Below, piece after piece: positions 50,173 to 59,337 of a stretch of DNA of 64,000 bases; the stretch's first letter is position 1, and each line of letters begins with the position of its first letter. The stretch comes from Candidatus Latescibacterota bacterium (GTDB lineage Bacteria; Latescibacterota; UBA2968; GCA-2709665). The notes beneath the pieces were generated by a model, which worked only from the letters and a program-made list of their open reading frames with translations, did not search any database and was not told the origin of the DNA. The DNA lies in NCBI GenBank assembly GCA_965248435.1, contig OZ252100.1, positions 32,001 through 96,000 of the forward strand, read 5' to 3'. Position numbers and translations under genes: made by a program.

Positions 50173-50785
50173 TCAGGCATCGGCAAACTTCCAAACCTGG
50201 AGTGCAGTGCGTCCAAAGATCCAGGACCGTTCATCTTCGCTCAGGGCAGAGAAGTAGCTCTGAGGAAACGTGAGGGAATTGTCATAGCCTTCTCGTGTGC
50301 TGACTGGCGGATAATCGCTGCCCCACATGATTCGTTTGGGGCCAAAGGCCTCCAGGGCCATGTCGGCCAGCGGGGGGACATATGTGAAGGGGTGCGGCAG
50401 TTCGCAGATCTCTCCGAAGCCTGGTAGCTTGATCGTGAGATTCGGATAGCTCGCGAGTTGGGTAATGGCCGAGTTCTGAGGCCGTACGCCACTGGGCCAG
50501 GGGATCGGCGCCTCTGGCCTTCAGGGGCAGACGTATACCCGGGATCCCGCTCTCACTCCATTTCCTCATCATTTTTCCGTCGTCATCATTTGCTACGATC
50601 ATTGCGGCAGAGAACCGACCGGGGTGGTTGGACATGGCCTCGAGCAGATAGGTATTGTCCGTATTTCCCATGTACTGGATCAACACGGCCTTGGACACGC
50701 CCGATCGCTGCATGTGGAACAGGAGAGACTCGACCGGTTCGTACTTGGACAGGCCGATGTGGCAGTGGGTGTCTACAATCGTCAT
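50173..50785 (-). pseudogene. amidohydrolase_2 family protein with internal deletion/frameshift
   Basis: N-part IVDTHCH...QWRTASELG and C-part AITQLASYPNLTIKLPG...IMWGSDYP are in different frames, abutting at about 50468; the intervening segment with the 'EH' metal ligand is absent. Confidence 0.78.
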
Positions 50786-51498
50786 ATCGGAAGGCTTTCC
50801 TGGAAGCCCTGCGCGGGCCCCTCGACTGACTTGAGCGGTTCGATGTTTCCTGCCGTGTCGTGCTTGAAGTCGTTGACCTGCCGGGAGACTGGATGGGTTC
50901 TCAGCTTCTCGGATGGATAGGGTTTGAGCAGACCGCGCAGTCCCTCCGGCCGGTAATAATCCGGATCAAGCCACTGCTCGTAGGAATCTGCTTCGAGGAT
51001 CGCCGGCATCCGGTTGTGGATCTCCTTGAGCAGATCGTTTGGCTCCGTCGTGATGATGACACAGGAATGGAGGATGTTCCCGTCGCCTGTACGGTACGAT
51101 TCCCAGAGACCGGCGAAGGCGAACGGCTTTCCGGACTTCAGCCGGATGTAGATCGGGGTCTTTGGGTTTCCCCCCGACTCTTTTCTCCACTCGTAAAAGC
51201 CGTCCCCCAGGATCAAACAGCGTCGTTTTTCGAATCCCATTTGAAAAGAAGGCTTCTGTTCGAGCGTCTCAGCTCGCGCGTTGATCAGACGGTTGCCTAT
51301 TTTCGGATCCTTGGCCCACGAGGGCACCAGCCCCCACCTGAAGGACCGGGCCGATCGTTCGCCGTCGTTGGGCAGGACCAGGACATCTTGCCCGGGGGCG
51401 ATATTGTAACGCGGTGCGAAGGGGATAGGGAATTCAAAGTTGCCGAACACCAGTTTGAGTCCGTCCGGACCCATTATCAGTGTGAACCGTCCGCACAT
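50782..51498 (-). CDS. SOS response-associated peptidase (SRAP/YedK)
   Basis: MCGRF, RYNIAPGQ, WGLVPSW, INARAET, GFYEW, IHNRMP. Confidence 0.95.
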   Translation of the reverse strand: MCGRFTLIMGPDGLKLVFGNFEFPIPFAPRYNIAPGQDVLVLPNDGERSARSFRWGLVPSWAKDPKIGNRLINARAETLEQKPSFQMGFEKRRCLILGDGFYEWRKESGGNPKTPIYIRLKSGKPFAFAGLWESYRTGDGNILHSCVIITTEPNDLLKEIHNRMPAILEADSYEQWLDPDYYRPEGLRGLLKPYPSEKLRTHPVSRQVNDFKHDTAGNIEPLKSVEGPAQGFQESLPI

Positions 51499-51524
51499 TT
51501 CATTGCTCCTTGGGTCAACTCTCT

Positions 51525-52382
51525 TCAAAGGCCGATGCGCGAGAGAAATTCCTCCATCCCAGTGATGCCCAGGTTGACCCTGAAGAGCCCGCCGCCATTC
51601 TCCTCCCTACCACCTCCCGCGCTGGTAATATAAATGTCTGTGCGATCTGCACCGCCAAAGGTCAAGCTGGTGACGAGTTTCGTCGAAACAGAGATCCGTC
51701 GCTCTTCTCTGCCGTCCGAGGTGTAACGAACAATACAGCCACCCCCGTGATACGCAGACCAGACGTAGCCCTCTGAATCGACCGTGAGTCCGTCTGGAAC
51801 GCCATCGTCCGGATTTGTTTCGAGGAAAACCGTCTGGTTGGTCAGATGGCCGGTCTCAATCTCGTAGTCAAAACTGTAAATCTTTCGCGATGTTGAATCC
51901 GTGTAGTAGAAGGTCTTTCGATCTAGGGTAAATCCCATACCGTTGGAAAGCCCGACGTCGTCCAGGATGAGGTCGAGGGTGCCATCCGTGTCGAGCCGGT
52001 AAAGCCGGGCCAGACCCCCCTCCGGAGGGATCGTTCCGCAGAAGACCCGACCTTTCGGATCGGCAATAACGTCATTGAACCGGGTCTCCCGATCTTCTGG
52101 ATATCCTTCGAACACCGTGCTGAGCGTCCCGTCCTTCCAGGTCCGAATGGCCCCTTTTCCCATAAAGAAAAGCAGCGAACCGTCGGCCTGGATCGTAAAG
52201 CCACCCACGACATCCCCATCGTAGAATTGTTCATAATTCTGGGTGGCCGGGTCGTACCGGAACAATCTCCCTTGCGGAATGTCTGTCCAGTAAATCCGGT
52301 TCTCCTCAGGATGCCACAGCGGGCCCTCGCCAATTTCGCATTGGGCATCAACGATCAGTTCGGGTTTTGTAGTCTGCTCCAT
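51525..52382 (-). CDS. SMP-30/gluconolactonase/LRE family protein
   Basis: GEGPLW, RFND..ADPKGR, SNGMGF, PDGLTVDSEG, TFGG. Confidence 0.92.
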   Translation of the reverse strand: MEQTTKPELIVDAQCEIGEGPLWHPEENRIYWTDIPQGRLFRYDPATQNYEQFYDGDVVGGFTIQADGSLLFFMGKGAIRTWKDGTLSTVFEGYPEDRETRFNDVIADPKGRVFCGTIPPEGGLARLYRLDTDGTLDLILDDVGLSNGMGFTLDRKTFYYTDSTSRKIYSFDYEIETGHLTNQTVFLETNPDDGVPDGLTVDSEGYVWSAYHGGGCIVRYTSDGREERRISVSTKLVTSLTFGGADRTDIYITSAGGGREENGGGLFRVNLGITGMEEFLSRIGL

Positions 52383-52613
52383 ACTCAGCCGCCCTCTCTT
52401 GTGGGCCACAATCAACTGAGGAAAAATCCCTTTAGGATGGATCACTATCTATACCTCAAGCCTTGAATTGTCAAGGCAATTGTGAATTTTTGGAGAATTA
52501 TCGATTGCCTTCTGCCTTGCTCTTTCCTATGATTTCAAACGCTTATCGGGGAAGGCAAAAAAAGCCCGGATGCCGAGTTGGCACAGCGTGTAATCCAAAC
52601 AAAGGAGATCTCT

Positions 52614-52907
52614 ATGGCGCAAACCGTGGACGATCTTTCAATCAACTACGAGGAAGATGGGGTTCTACTTTGCAAACAGCTGGACCGTTTCGTGCTCTCT
52701 AAGGGCGCGTGGGCCACACTCATGTACCTTTACCAGGATCTGGATCGGAAAACGGGCGATTACGGGCCGAAAAAGGTAGCCATCCGACGCTATCAGAAGC
52801 GAGATGGTGAGTATGTGTATAGAAGCAAGTTCAACATCTCGAGTATGGATCAGGCGAGGAAGATCATCGAGGCCCTGCAAAACTGGAGTAAAGCAGAAGA
52901 ATCATAG
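52614..52907 (+). CDS. conserved hypothetical protein (possible PC4/YdbC-like nucleic-acid-binding fold)
   Basis: AGGAG RBS; basic/aromatic beta strands followed by a C-terminal helix. Confidence 0.65.
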   Translation: MAQTVDDLSINYEEDGVLLCKQLDRFVLSKGAWATLMYLYQDLDRKTGDYGPKKVAIRRYQKRDGEYVYRSKFNISSMDQARKIIEALQNWSKAEES

Positions 52908-52936
52908 AAGGGACAGATTGGCGGGGGAGCGACGCG

Positions 52937-55636
52937 TTACATCGAGACACCGAGGAGGCCACGGGCGAACTGGAAGTCTGTGTTGCCTTGAAGACGGGTC
53001 TTAGGGGTGTAGCGGCGAGAGGCAACCTCAACGATCAGTTTGAGCATTTCCTCCGAATTTTTCCGGGTGTCTTCGCCCAGGAAGAGATCGATATCCTCTC
53101 CGTAGTTCGACTTCAAAGCATCGCCTTCCGAAATCAAAATCGTTGGAATCATCGGGTGACCCTGCATCGGATGTCCATCTATGTATCCCAGTAAGACTTC
53201 GACGCCTGTTGCTCCGATGCCGGTGAGGTTCTCAACCCACTGCTCGGTCGGGCTCTCCATAACGTAAAATCCGGATTCCCTCGTGGGCTGTCCGTAGGCC
53301 AGAGTCGGAGTCGTCTGACTCGATAGGAGCGTGTCCTCGACGAACCCGGGAGCTGATAGGAGGCTCCCCCTCTCCGGGACAACGACGGTTGCCCCCGCGC
53401 TGACGAGGGTTCGGATCAATTCGCCCAGACTCCGTGCTGCGGCTTCGGATAGGAGACCTGCCCCAACCACGCCGACACGCAGGGCATCGAGTTTTTCCTC
53501 TTCACATTCCGCGCCGCGACAATCAGCAATCTTTTCTGAAAACCAGCGTTCCACTTTCTCCAGTACGCTTTCTATCCCTCCGTCGAGTTGCACGCTCGCC
53601 CACCCGAATCTACCCGGGTCGATCCCTCTCTCGTTCATCTCGTGTCTGAAGTAGTCATTGTGGGTCATCTCGCATCCGTGCTCGAGGAGCAGTCCGAATT
53701 CCACGAAGGGATGAGTGAGGTGGCCGAGCATGGCCTCTGTATAGTGACGAAACGCGGACTCCCCGGATACCCCGCACCCTTCGCTATGGGGCAATGCGAC
53801 GAACCGGGAAATCCCTGTTTCGCCCCCCAGACGCTTGGCGTTGAAACGCTCCGCCGCCATCTGTGCGATTTGACTCGAACAGAGGCTGGACGGCAGAATC
53901 AGCCCCACACGGTCAGTCGTGGTGCCCCGATCCGTCCGGATGGCCTGGAATCTGAACTTCGATTCGAGGCGTTCCGTTCTTATCGGAGTGGGCTTTCCAT
54001 CTGGCGGCGGAATCGCGCGCAACTCGGCGACATTCCCAGCGTCGTTCTGACTCCAGTCCCTCCAGATCGAGACCTGGCTATGCCCGGCGATCTCCCCCTT
54101 GCTGAGTTCGCCTGAGGCGACGTTGATCGTCTGGTTCAGCATCTCCTCGCCGAGCTGATCCATGGGACGGCCCTCCAGATATGCCCCGGCATTCACATCC
54201 ATCTCTTCGGGCAGGAGGTTGTATCGGCGGGTCGTCGTCACGACCTTCAGGGTCGGGACGAACGGGAAATTCGTAATCGCCCCATTGCCAGTCACGAAGA
54301 AAATCAGGTTGCAGCCTGCGGCAACCTGTCCGGCGACGCTTTCCAGGTCGTTTCCTGGACTATCCATGAAATAGAATCCGGGCGTCAGCATCCGCTCACC
54401 ATATCGGATCACGCGATCCACACGAACGTCAGGGTGGCGCTTCATCCCAGCCCCGATGGATTTGAGCACGATGTTGTAGAGTCCTCTGAGCCGGTTGCCC
54501 CCCGAGGGGTTCCCCTCTGCCGTCGTCCCGTGCCACTCGGCAAGCGCCCTGTAGCGCTCGATGGTAGCCAGGAATCGCTTTGCCGTATCCTTGTCTCTGA
54601 CGTTTCGGAGGATGTATGATTCCGCACCGATCAGCTCCTGGGTCTCGGCCAGATTTGCGGCGCCCCCGAATCGGATGATCTCCCGGGCGACCCAGGCAGC
54701 GAGCGGATTCCCCGAAACGCCCGAAAAGGCATCGGAGCCCCCGCACTGAAGGGCGACCTTGAGGTCCCCCGCGGATTTCTCTGTCCGGGGGGTCTGGTTC
54801 ACGGCCTCCAGCCAGCCTTTGACGATCTTCTCGCCCTCTCTAAGGCCGTCCTGGAAGGCGCCGGTCAGGGTCAGGAACCGGTGCGGCACCTCAGCGAAGG
54901 GATAGTTCTCGGAAGCCATGTAATCTTGAAGCATTTGATTCGTGACCGGTTCGGTGCCGTAGTCAACGGCCAGGACCGCGCCCACGTTGGGATGAACGAA
55001 AATCCCGGCCAGGGTCCGTAGCAGCAGATCCAGGTTATTCGGGCGGTCCTTGCTGCCCCCTTCGGTGTGGGCTACAGGGACGATGGCATCTACGTTTTCG
55101 TAGGACGAGGTGTAAGGCTTAAGATTCGACGATAGATGTCTCGCGTAACTTGCTGTTCGGGAGGTCGTTCCAAGAATCACAATACAGTTTCGAGTACCCA
55201 CGCCGCGTGAAGCACCTCGAGGGTATCCTAGGAAGGACCGCGTTGCCTCGTGTGGCGCGACTTGTGTCCCGGGCCGAAACGGGGTTTCTGTGAGGGTGTA
55301 GGGCACGACGCGGTCTTCAAAATTTGCCTCGGAGGGGAGCCTGGCGTCCACCTTTCTGAGTCGCATCGTCTCGAGGATCAGCTTGTTGCATACGTATTCC
55401 CCCGGAAGGATCTCGCGCGTGGCCAGACCAAAAGGCATGCCCCACGAAAGCAGGGGTTCGCCTGGGGCGATGCGGCGAATGGCGAATCTGTGCCCCTCCA
55501 AAATCGTGAAGTCGACGGACAATCGTTGGTCGTTGAATTCGACTCGGGTGCCTGGTTCTAGGATACGGGTGGCAATGGCCACGTTATCCTTGGACCCTGG
55601 CAGATGCCCGATCTGGTCGAATTTGACGTCATTCAT
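52937..55636 (-). CDS. UxaA/GarD family dehydratase, long form (SAF + catalytic + second degenerate domain)
   Basis: DNVAIA..GHRFA SAF domain; GVGTRN; LQCGGSDAFSGVSGNP; GNPSGGN; second HSEGCG..EHGCE block. Confidence 0.85.
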   Translation of the reverse strand: MNDVKFDQIGHLPGSKDNVAIATRILEPGTRVEFNDQRLSVDFTILEGHRFAIRRIAPGEPLLSWGMPFGLATREILPGEYVCNKLILETMRLRKVDARLPSEANFEDRVVPYTLTETPFRPGTQVAPHEATRSFLGYPRGASRGVGTRNCIVILGTTSRTASYARHLSSNLKPYTSSYENVDAIVPVAHTEGGSKDRPNNLDLLLRTLAGIFVHPNVGAVLAVDYGTEPVTNQMLQDYMASENYPFAEVPHRFLTLTGAFQDGLREGEKIVKGWLEAVNQTPRTEKSAGDLKVALQCGGSDAFSGVSGNPLAAWVAREIIRFGGAANLAETQELIGAESYILRNVRDKDTAKRFLATIERYRALAEWHGTTAEGNPSGGNRLRGLYNIVLKSIGAGMKRHPDVRVDRVIRYGERMLTPGFYFMDSPGNDLESVAGQVAAGCNLIFFVTGNGAITNFPFVPTLKVVTTTRRYNLLPEEMDVNAGAYLEGRPMDQLGEEMLNQTINVASGELSKGEIAGHSQVSIWRDWSQNDAGNVAELRAIPPPDGKPTPIRTERLESKFRFQAIRTDRGTTTDRVGLILPSSLCSSQIAQMAAERFNAKRLGGETGISRFVALPHSEGCGVSGESAFRHYTEAMLGHLTHPFVEFGLLLEHGCEMTHNDYFRHEMNERGIDPGRFGWASVQLDGGIESVLEKVERWFSEKIADCRGAECEEEKLDALRVGVVGAGLLSEAAARSLGELIRTLVSAGATVVVPERGSLLSAPGFVEDTLLSSQTTPTLAYGQPTRESGFYVMESPTEQWVENLTGIGATGVEVLLGYIDGHPMQGHPMIPTILISEGDALKSNYGEDIDLFLGEDTRKNSEEMLKLIVEVASRRYTPKTRLQGNTDFQFARGLLGVSM

Positions 55637-55723
55637 CCTGCGAATCTCCCTGCTAGTGGCCCGAGCTGCTGGGACGTATACAAAAAATCAGGCCCAAAGT
55701 CAAGGAACTGAGCGAAAATTCCC

Positions 55724-55752
55724 TTGCTGGTTAGGACGGATTGGATTATACT
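55724..55752 (+). promoter_or_regulatory. sigma70-type promoter for dtxR-feo operon
   Basis: TTGCTG-N17-TATACT. Confidence 0.45.
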
Positions 55753-55812
55753 ACTAACAGATGTTTTATTAATAAAACACACCGCATGCTTCCCAAACCG
55801 CGGGGATGGGCC

Positions 55813-56343
55813 ATGACTACTTCAGATGTGTGGAAGGCTTTCGAGGAGAACGAGATAACCCATAGCGTGGCGCATCACCTTGCTGCCATTAGAGATCTGT
55901 CTCAGCAGCACGGATATGCGAGGGTCTCAGACGTCGCCAGGTATCTCGACATTACCCGGGGGAGTGCCTCCCTTACGCTCAAGGCACTGAAGCAGAGAAA
56001 CTATGTGCTGGAGGACCTAAACAAGCACCTGAGGCTTTCGGAAGACGGACAGCGCGTGGTCGACGTGGTGATGGCCTCACGGGCCATCGTCCGAAAGTTC
56101 TTGCGAGATGTCTTGCACGTTGAAGAGAAACAGGCCGAGATCGATGCCTGTAAGGTCGAGCATCTCCTGAGCGTGGAGACAGGAGAAAAGCTGCTGCATT
56201 TCGTCAGGTTTCTGATGTCCGAGGCACCGATCCCTGAGCGCTTCCTGGAGGCCTTTTGGGGCGAGAAGGAAATCTGCCACGACATAGAAGATTGTCCCAT
56301 CTGCGAAGAAGAATGCCTTCTCCACCTGCACGTGGAATCTTAA
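55813..56343 (+). CDS. DtxR/MntR family metal-dependent repressor with Cys/His-rich tail
   Basis: ARVSDVARYLDITRGSAS HTH; AEIDACKVEHLLS; tail CH..EDCPICEEECLLHLH. Confidence 0.88.
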   Translation: MTTSDVWKAFEENEITHSVAHHLAAIRDLSQQHGYARVSDVARYLDITRGSASLTLKALKQRNYVLEDLNKHLRLSEDGQRVVDVVMASRAIVRKFLRDVLHVEEKQAEIDACKVEHLLSVETGEKLLHFVRFLMSEAPIPERFLEAFWGEKEICHDIEDCPICEEECLLHLHVES

Positions 56344-56382
56344 AGGCGTTGGGAAGGAATTGGTTTCAGAGGGGATCTTGCA

Positions 56383-56697
56383 ATGCGATATTCACTGATG
56401 GCGTCCACTCCCCGGAGGCTTCAGAAGTCCGCGGGCCAACCCGAGGACAGAACGCCTCCGGAAACGGTGGCGGAAGGCCCGCTGACGACCTGGCCAAAGG
56501 GGAATGAAGGCCGGGTGGTTGAGGTCGGAGGTCTTTCCCGACTTGCAGCCCGACTGCGAGAGCTCGGGGTCGTGCCGGGTGCCAGAATTCGGCTTTTGAG
56601 GACCGGTTGCCCGACGGTTATTCAGGTAGAAGAAGGTCGCTATTGCCTGAGAAAGAAGGATGCAAGCTTGATCAAGGTCAGGCCTAGGAGCTCATGA
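56383..56697 (+). CDS. feoA: ferrous iron transport protein A
   Basis: RLRELGVVPGARI..GCP; overlaps feoB start. Confidence 0.85.
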   Translation: MRYSLMASTPRRLQKSAGQPEDRTPPETVAEGPLTTWPKGNEGRVVEVGGLSRLAARLRELGVVPGARIRLLRTGCPTVIQVEEGRYCLRKKDASLIKVRPRSS

Positions 56698-58931
56698 GCA
56701 ACCCGAACAGTGTGGAAGTAAAGCACCCGCGGAATGAACGAATCAGGACCATTGCCCTGATCGGAAACCCCAATACGGGTAAGACGACCCTCTTCAATGC
56801 CCTCACCGGGCTCTCCCAGAGGGTCGGGAACTACCCGGGGGTTACGGTCGAACGTCGTGCGGGGCCGCTCAAGCTTAATGGGGAAACGGTCGAGCTGCTG
56901 GACCTGCCGGGCACTTACAGCCTCGCGGCAAATTCGCCGGACGAAATGATTGTCGCTGACGTCCTTCTGGGTCATCAGGCGGGTGAATCAGATGTGGACG
57001 CCGTCGTGGTCATCGTGGATGCCGCAAACCTGAGGCGGAATCTCTACCTGGTCTCTCAGGTGATGGAGTTCGGAATCCGTACAGTCATTGCCCTGAATAT
57101 GGTCGACCTCGCCGAGTCCGCCGGAATTCGTGTTGATCCAGAGCGCCTGTCCGAGCGGATCGGGATCCCGGTGGTTCCCATCTGTGCGAACAAGAAGCGG
57201 GGACTCGATGACTTGCGACACGGCCTTTCCAAGACCCTTTCGGGCCAAATAGATCGTTCCGGATCTGACCTGTCTCGATTCCTGGGTCCGCTGGGCGAGC
57301 AGGTCAAGGCGTTGAGGGAGGAGGTCAACCGGTCAAAGAATGGGCAGGCCGGAAATGTGTCGGAGGTCGAGTTGTATCGCGCCGTCGTGGACGAAGGCGG
57401 CTACGCGGAGAAGCGCATCGTCGACACGCTCGGGCCCGAAGTTGCGCGAAAAGTGACCGGAATCCGGTCGAAGCTGCAGGCGGACCGACCCCTGTCAACC
57501 CTCGAAACGGAATCCCGCTATGCCTGGATCGACCGGACCATCTCGGACGCGCTCTCCCGGCCTCCGATGCTTCAGACAAGCCTGTCAGACCGGATCGATC
57601 GATTCCTGACGCACCGCATCTTCGGAACGATTGCGTTTGCCGTTATCATGGGGATCGTTTTTCAGTCCATCTACGCGTGGGCCCTTCCTTTGATGGACGG
57701 AATCGAGACACTGTTTTCAGAGTTGGGCCAAGCTGCGGCCTCGTTCCTTCCCGAAGGGGCGATCCAATCCCTGGTCGTAGATGGGGTGATCGCTGGCGTG
57801 GGGAGTGTGGTCGTGTTCCTCCCGCAAATCGCGATCCTCTTTTTCTTTCTTGCGCTACTGGAAGGATGCGGATACATGTCTCGTGCGGCTCTGCTTATGG
57901 ACCGCATGTTCAGGTGGTGTGGACTGTCCGGTAAATCGTTCGTCCCGATGATCTCCAGCTTTGCGTGTGCCATTCCCGGGATTATGGCCACACGGACGAT
58001 AGACGACCGCCGAAGCCGGCTGCTGACGATCCTGGTCGCGCCTCTGATGAGCTGTTCGGCCCGACTTCCGGTCTACACGCTTTTGATCGCGGCGTTTATC
58101 CCCCGCGAAAGCATTCTCGGTGGCTGGATCGGCATCCAAGGACTTACGTTGTTTGCGATGTATTGCGTCGGTATCGGAGTGGCCATTCCTGTGGCCTGGA
58201 TCTTGAAGAAGAGCCTGTTGGCCGGAGAATCATTACCCTTTGTCATGGAACTCCCGTCATACAAATGGCCCGATTCGAGGACGACCTACCTGCGAGTTTA
58301 CCTGAAAGTCAAAGCATTCGTCACCCGCGCTGGCACGATCATCCTCTCGGCGGCAGTCGTGATGTGGGCGTTGGCCTACTTTCCCCGTTCGGATCGAATC
58401 GAGGAGACGTTTCGAGCGGCACAAGAAACGGTCAGGCTCAACCAGGTGGGGGAAGTCCAGGCGAGCGCGCTTGCAGCACTAGAGGCTCAGATGAGCGCGG
58501 AGTTCCTTGAGCAGAGCCTGCTTGGCCGTGCCGGTCGCTTTGTAGAACCGGCCGTGCGGCCGTTGGGGTGGGACTGGCGAATCGGTATGGCTGCAATCGC
58601 CTCCTTCCCCGCTCGTGAAATCGTCGTTGCCTCCCTGGGGACGATCTTCAGCGTGGGCAGCGACGTGGACGAGACGTCGCAGACGCTGCGGGATGTGATG
58701 CGGCAGGCCGTAAGGGCCGATGGGACCCCACTGTTCACGATTCCGGTCGCCCTCTCGATTATGGTCTTTTTCGCCCTGTGCGCACAATGCGCGGCCACCC
58801 TGGCGGTGATGCAGCGTGAGACCGGGTCCTGGCGGTGGCCGATCTTTGCGTTCACCTACATGACGGGTCTGGCCTACCTGGGGGCATTCGTCACCTACCA
58901 GGCAACCACGGCCCTGGGGTGGGGAGGCTAG
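56694..58931 (+). CDS. feoB: ferrous iron transport protein B
   Basis: GNPNTGKT, GNYPGVTVE, DLPGTYSL, NMVD, MSCSARLPVY, FVMELP. Confidence 0.97.
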   Translation: MSNPNSVEVKHPRNERIRTIALIGNPNTGKTTLFNALTGLSQRVGNYPGVTVERRAGPLKLNGETVELLDLPGTYSLAANSPDEMIVADVLLGHQAGESDVDAVVVIVDAANLRRNLYLVSQVMEFGIRTVIALNMVDLAESAGIRVDPERLSERIGIPVVPICANKKRGLDDLRHGLSKTLSGQIDRSGSDLSRFLGPLGEQVKALREEVNRSKNGQAGNVSEVELYRAVVDEGGYAEKRIVDTLGPEVARKVTGIRSKLQADRPLSTLETESRYAWIDRTISDALSRPPMLQTSLSDRIDRFLTHRIFGTIAFAVIMGIVFQSIYAWALPLMDGIETLFSELGQAAASFLPEGAIQSLVVDGVIAGVGSVVVFLPQIAILFFFLALLEGCGYMSRAALLMDRMFRWCGLSGKSFVPMISSFACAIPGIMATRTIDDRRSRLLTILVAPLMSCSARLPVYTLLIAAFIPRESILGGWIGIQGLTLFAMYCVGIGVAIPVAWILKKSLLAGESLPFVMELPSYKWPDSRTTYLRVYLKVKAFVTRAGTIILSAAVVMWALAYFPRSDRIEETFRAAQETVRLNQVGEVQASALAALEAQMSAEFLEQSLLGRAGRFVEPAVRPLGWDWRIGMAAIASFPAREIVVASLGTIFSVGSDVDETSQTLRDVMRQAVRADGTPLFTIPVALSIMVFFALCAQCAATLAVMQRETGSWRWPIFAFTYMTGLAYLGAFVTYQATTALGWGG

Positions 58932-58932
58932 G

Positions 58933-59109
58933 ATGGTGATGGACTGGCAGTCGATCCTGGTTATCGTCATCGCAGCGGCGTGCGCATTCTGGCTGGTCAG
59001 ACAGTTCCTTCGGCCCTTCCTTGTGACTGAACAGGATGCAGGATGCGGCGGGGCTGCGCCGTCGTCCAGGCCAGGGCAGCTCCTTGAAGTGTTGCCTCCG
59101 GATGAGTAG
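58933..59109 (+). CDS. FeoB-associated small membrane protein (58 aa)
   Basis: MVMDWQSILVIVIAAACAFWLVRQF...GCGG; directly after feoB; RBS GGAGG. Confidence 0.65.
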   Translation: MVMDWQSILVIVIAAACAFWLVRQFLRPFLVTEQDAGCGGAAPSSRPGQLLEVLPPDE

Positions 59110-59151
59110 CTAGAACGCTGCAGGACAAAGTGTTCTATCTTTCACGTTAAG

Positions 59152-59192
59152 TGGGCGATCCCTCTGTTGCGGGGCGATCGCCCTTTTTGTTT
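59152..59192 (+). terminator. intrinsic terminator
   Basis: GGGCGATC...GATCGCCC-TTTTT. Confidence 0.7.
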
Positions 59193-59236
59193 TTGTGTTT
59201 TCTTTAAGAAGGGTTGCATTTTTGAAGAAAACAGAC

Positions 59237-59280
59237 TTGACATTTCTCTCTCTAAAACATATTTTTAGCTATTCCTAAAC
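59237..59280 (+). promoter_or_regulatory. sigma70 promoter overlapped by DtxR/MntR-like operator
   Basis: TTGACA-N17-TATTTT; palindrome TTTAG-CTATTC-CTAAA at 59264-59279. Confidence 0.6.
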
Positions 59281-59337
59281 TTTTTTTCGTTAATGCCTCA
59301 GATTTCGGACTACGTCTGATCAGCCCAAGGGGAGGTC

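Noticed and set aside
58933-59109. Possible frameshift in the FeoB-associated peptide (CGG-A instead of CGGC)
   Set aside because: The existing frame gives a plausible C-terminus, and the family is too variable to call.
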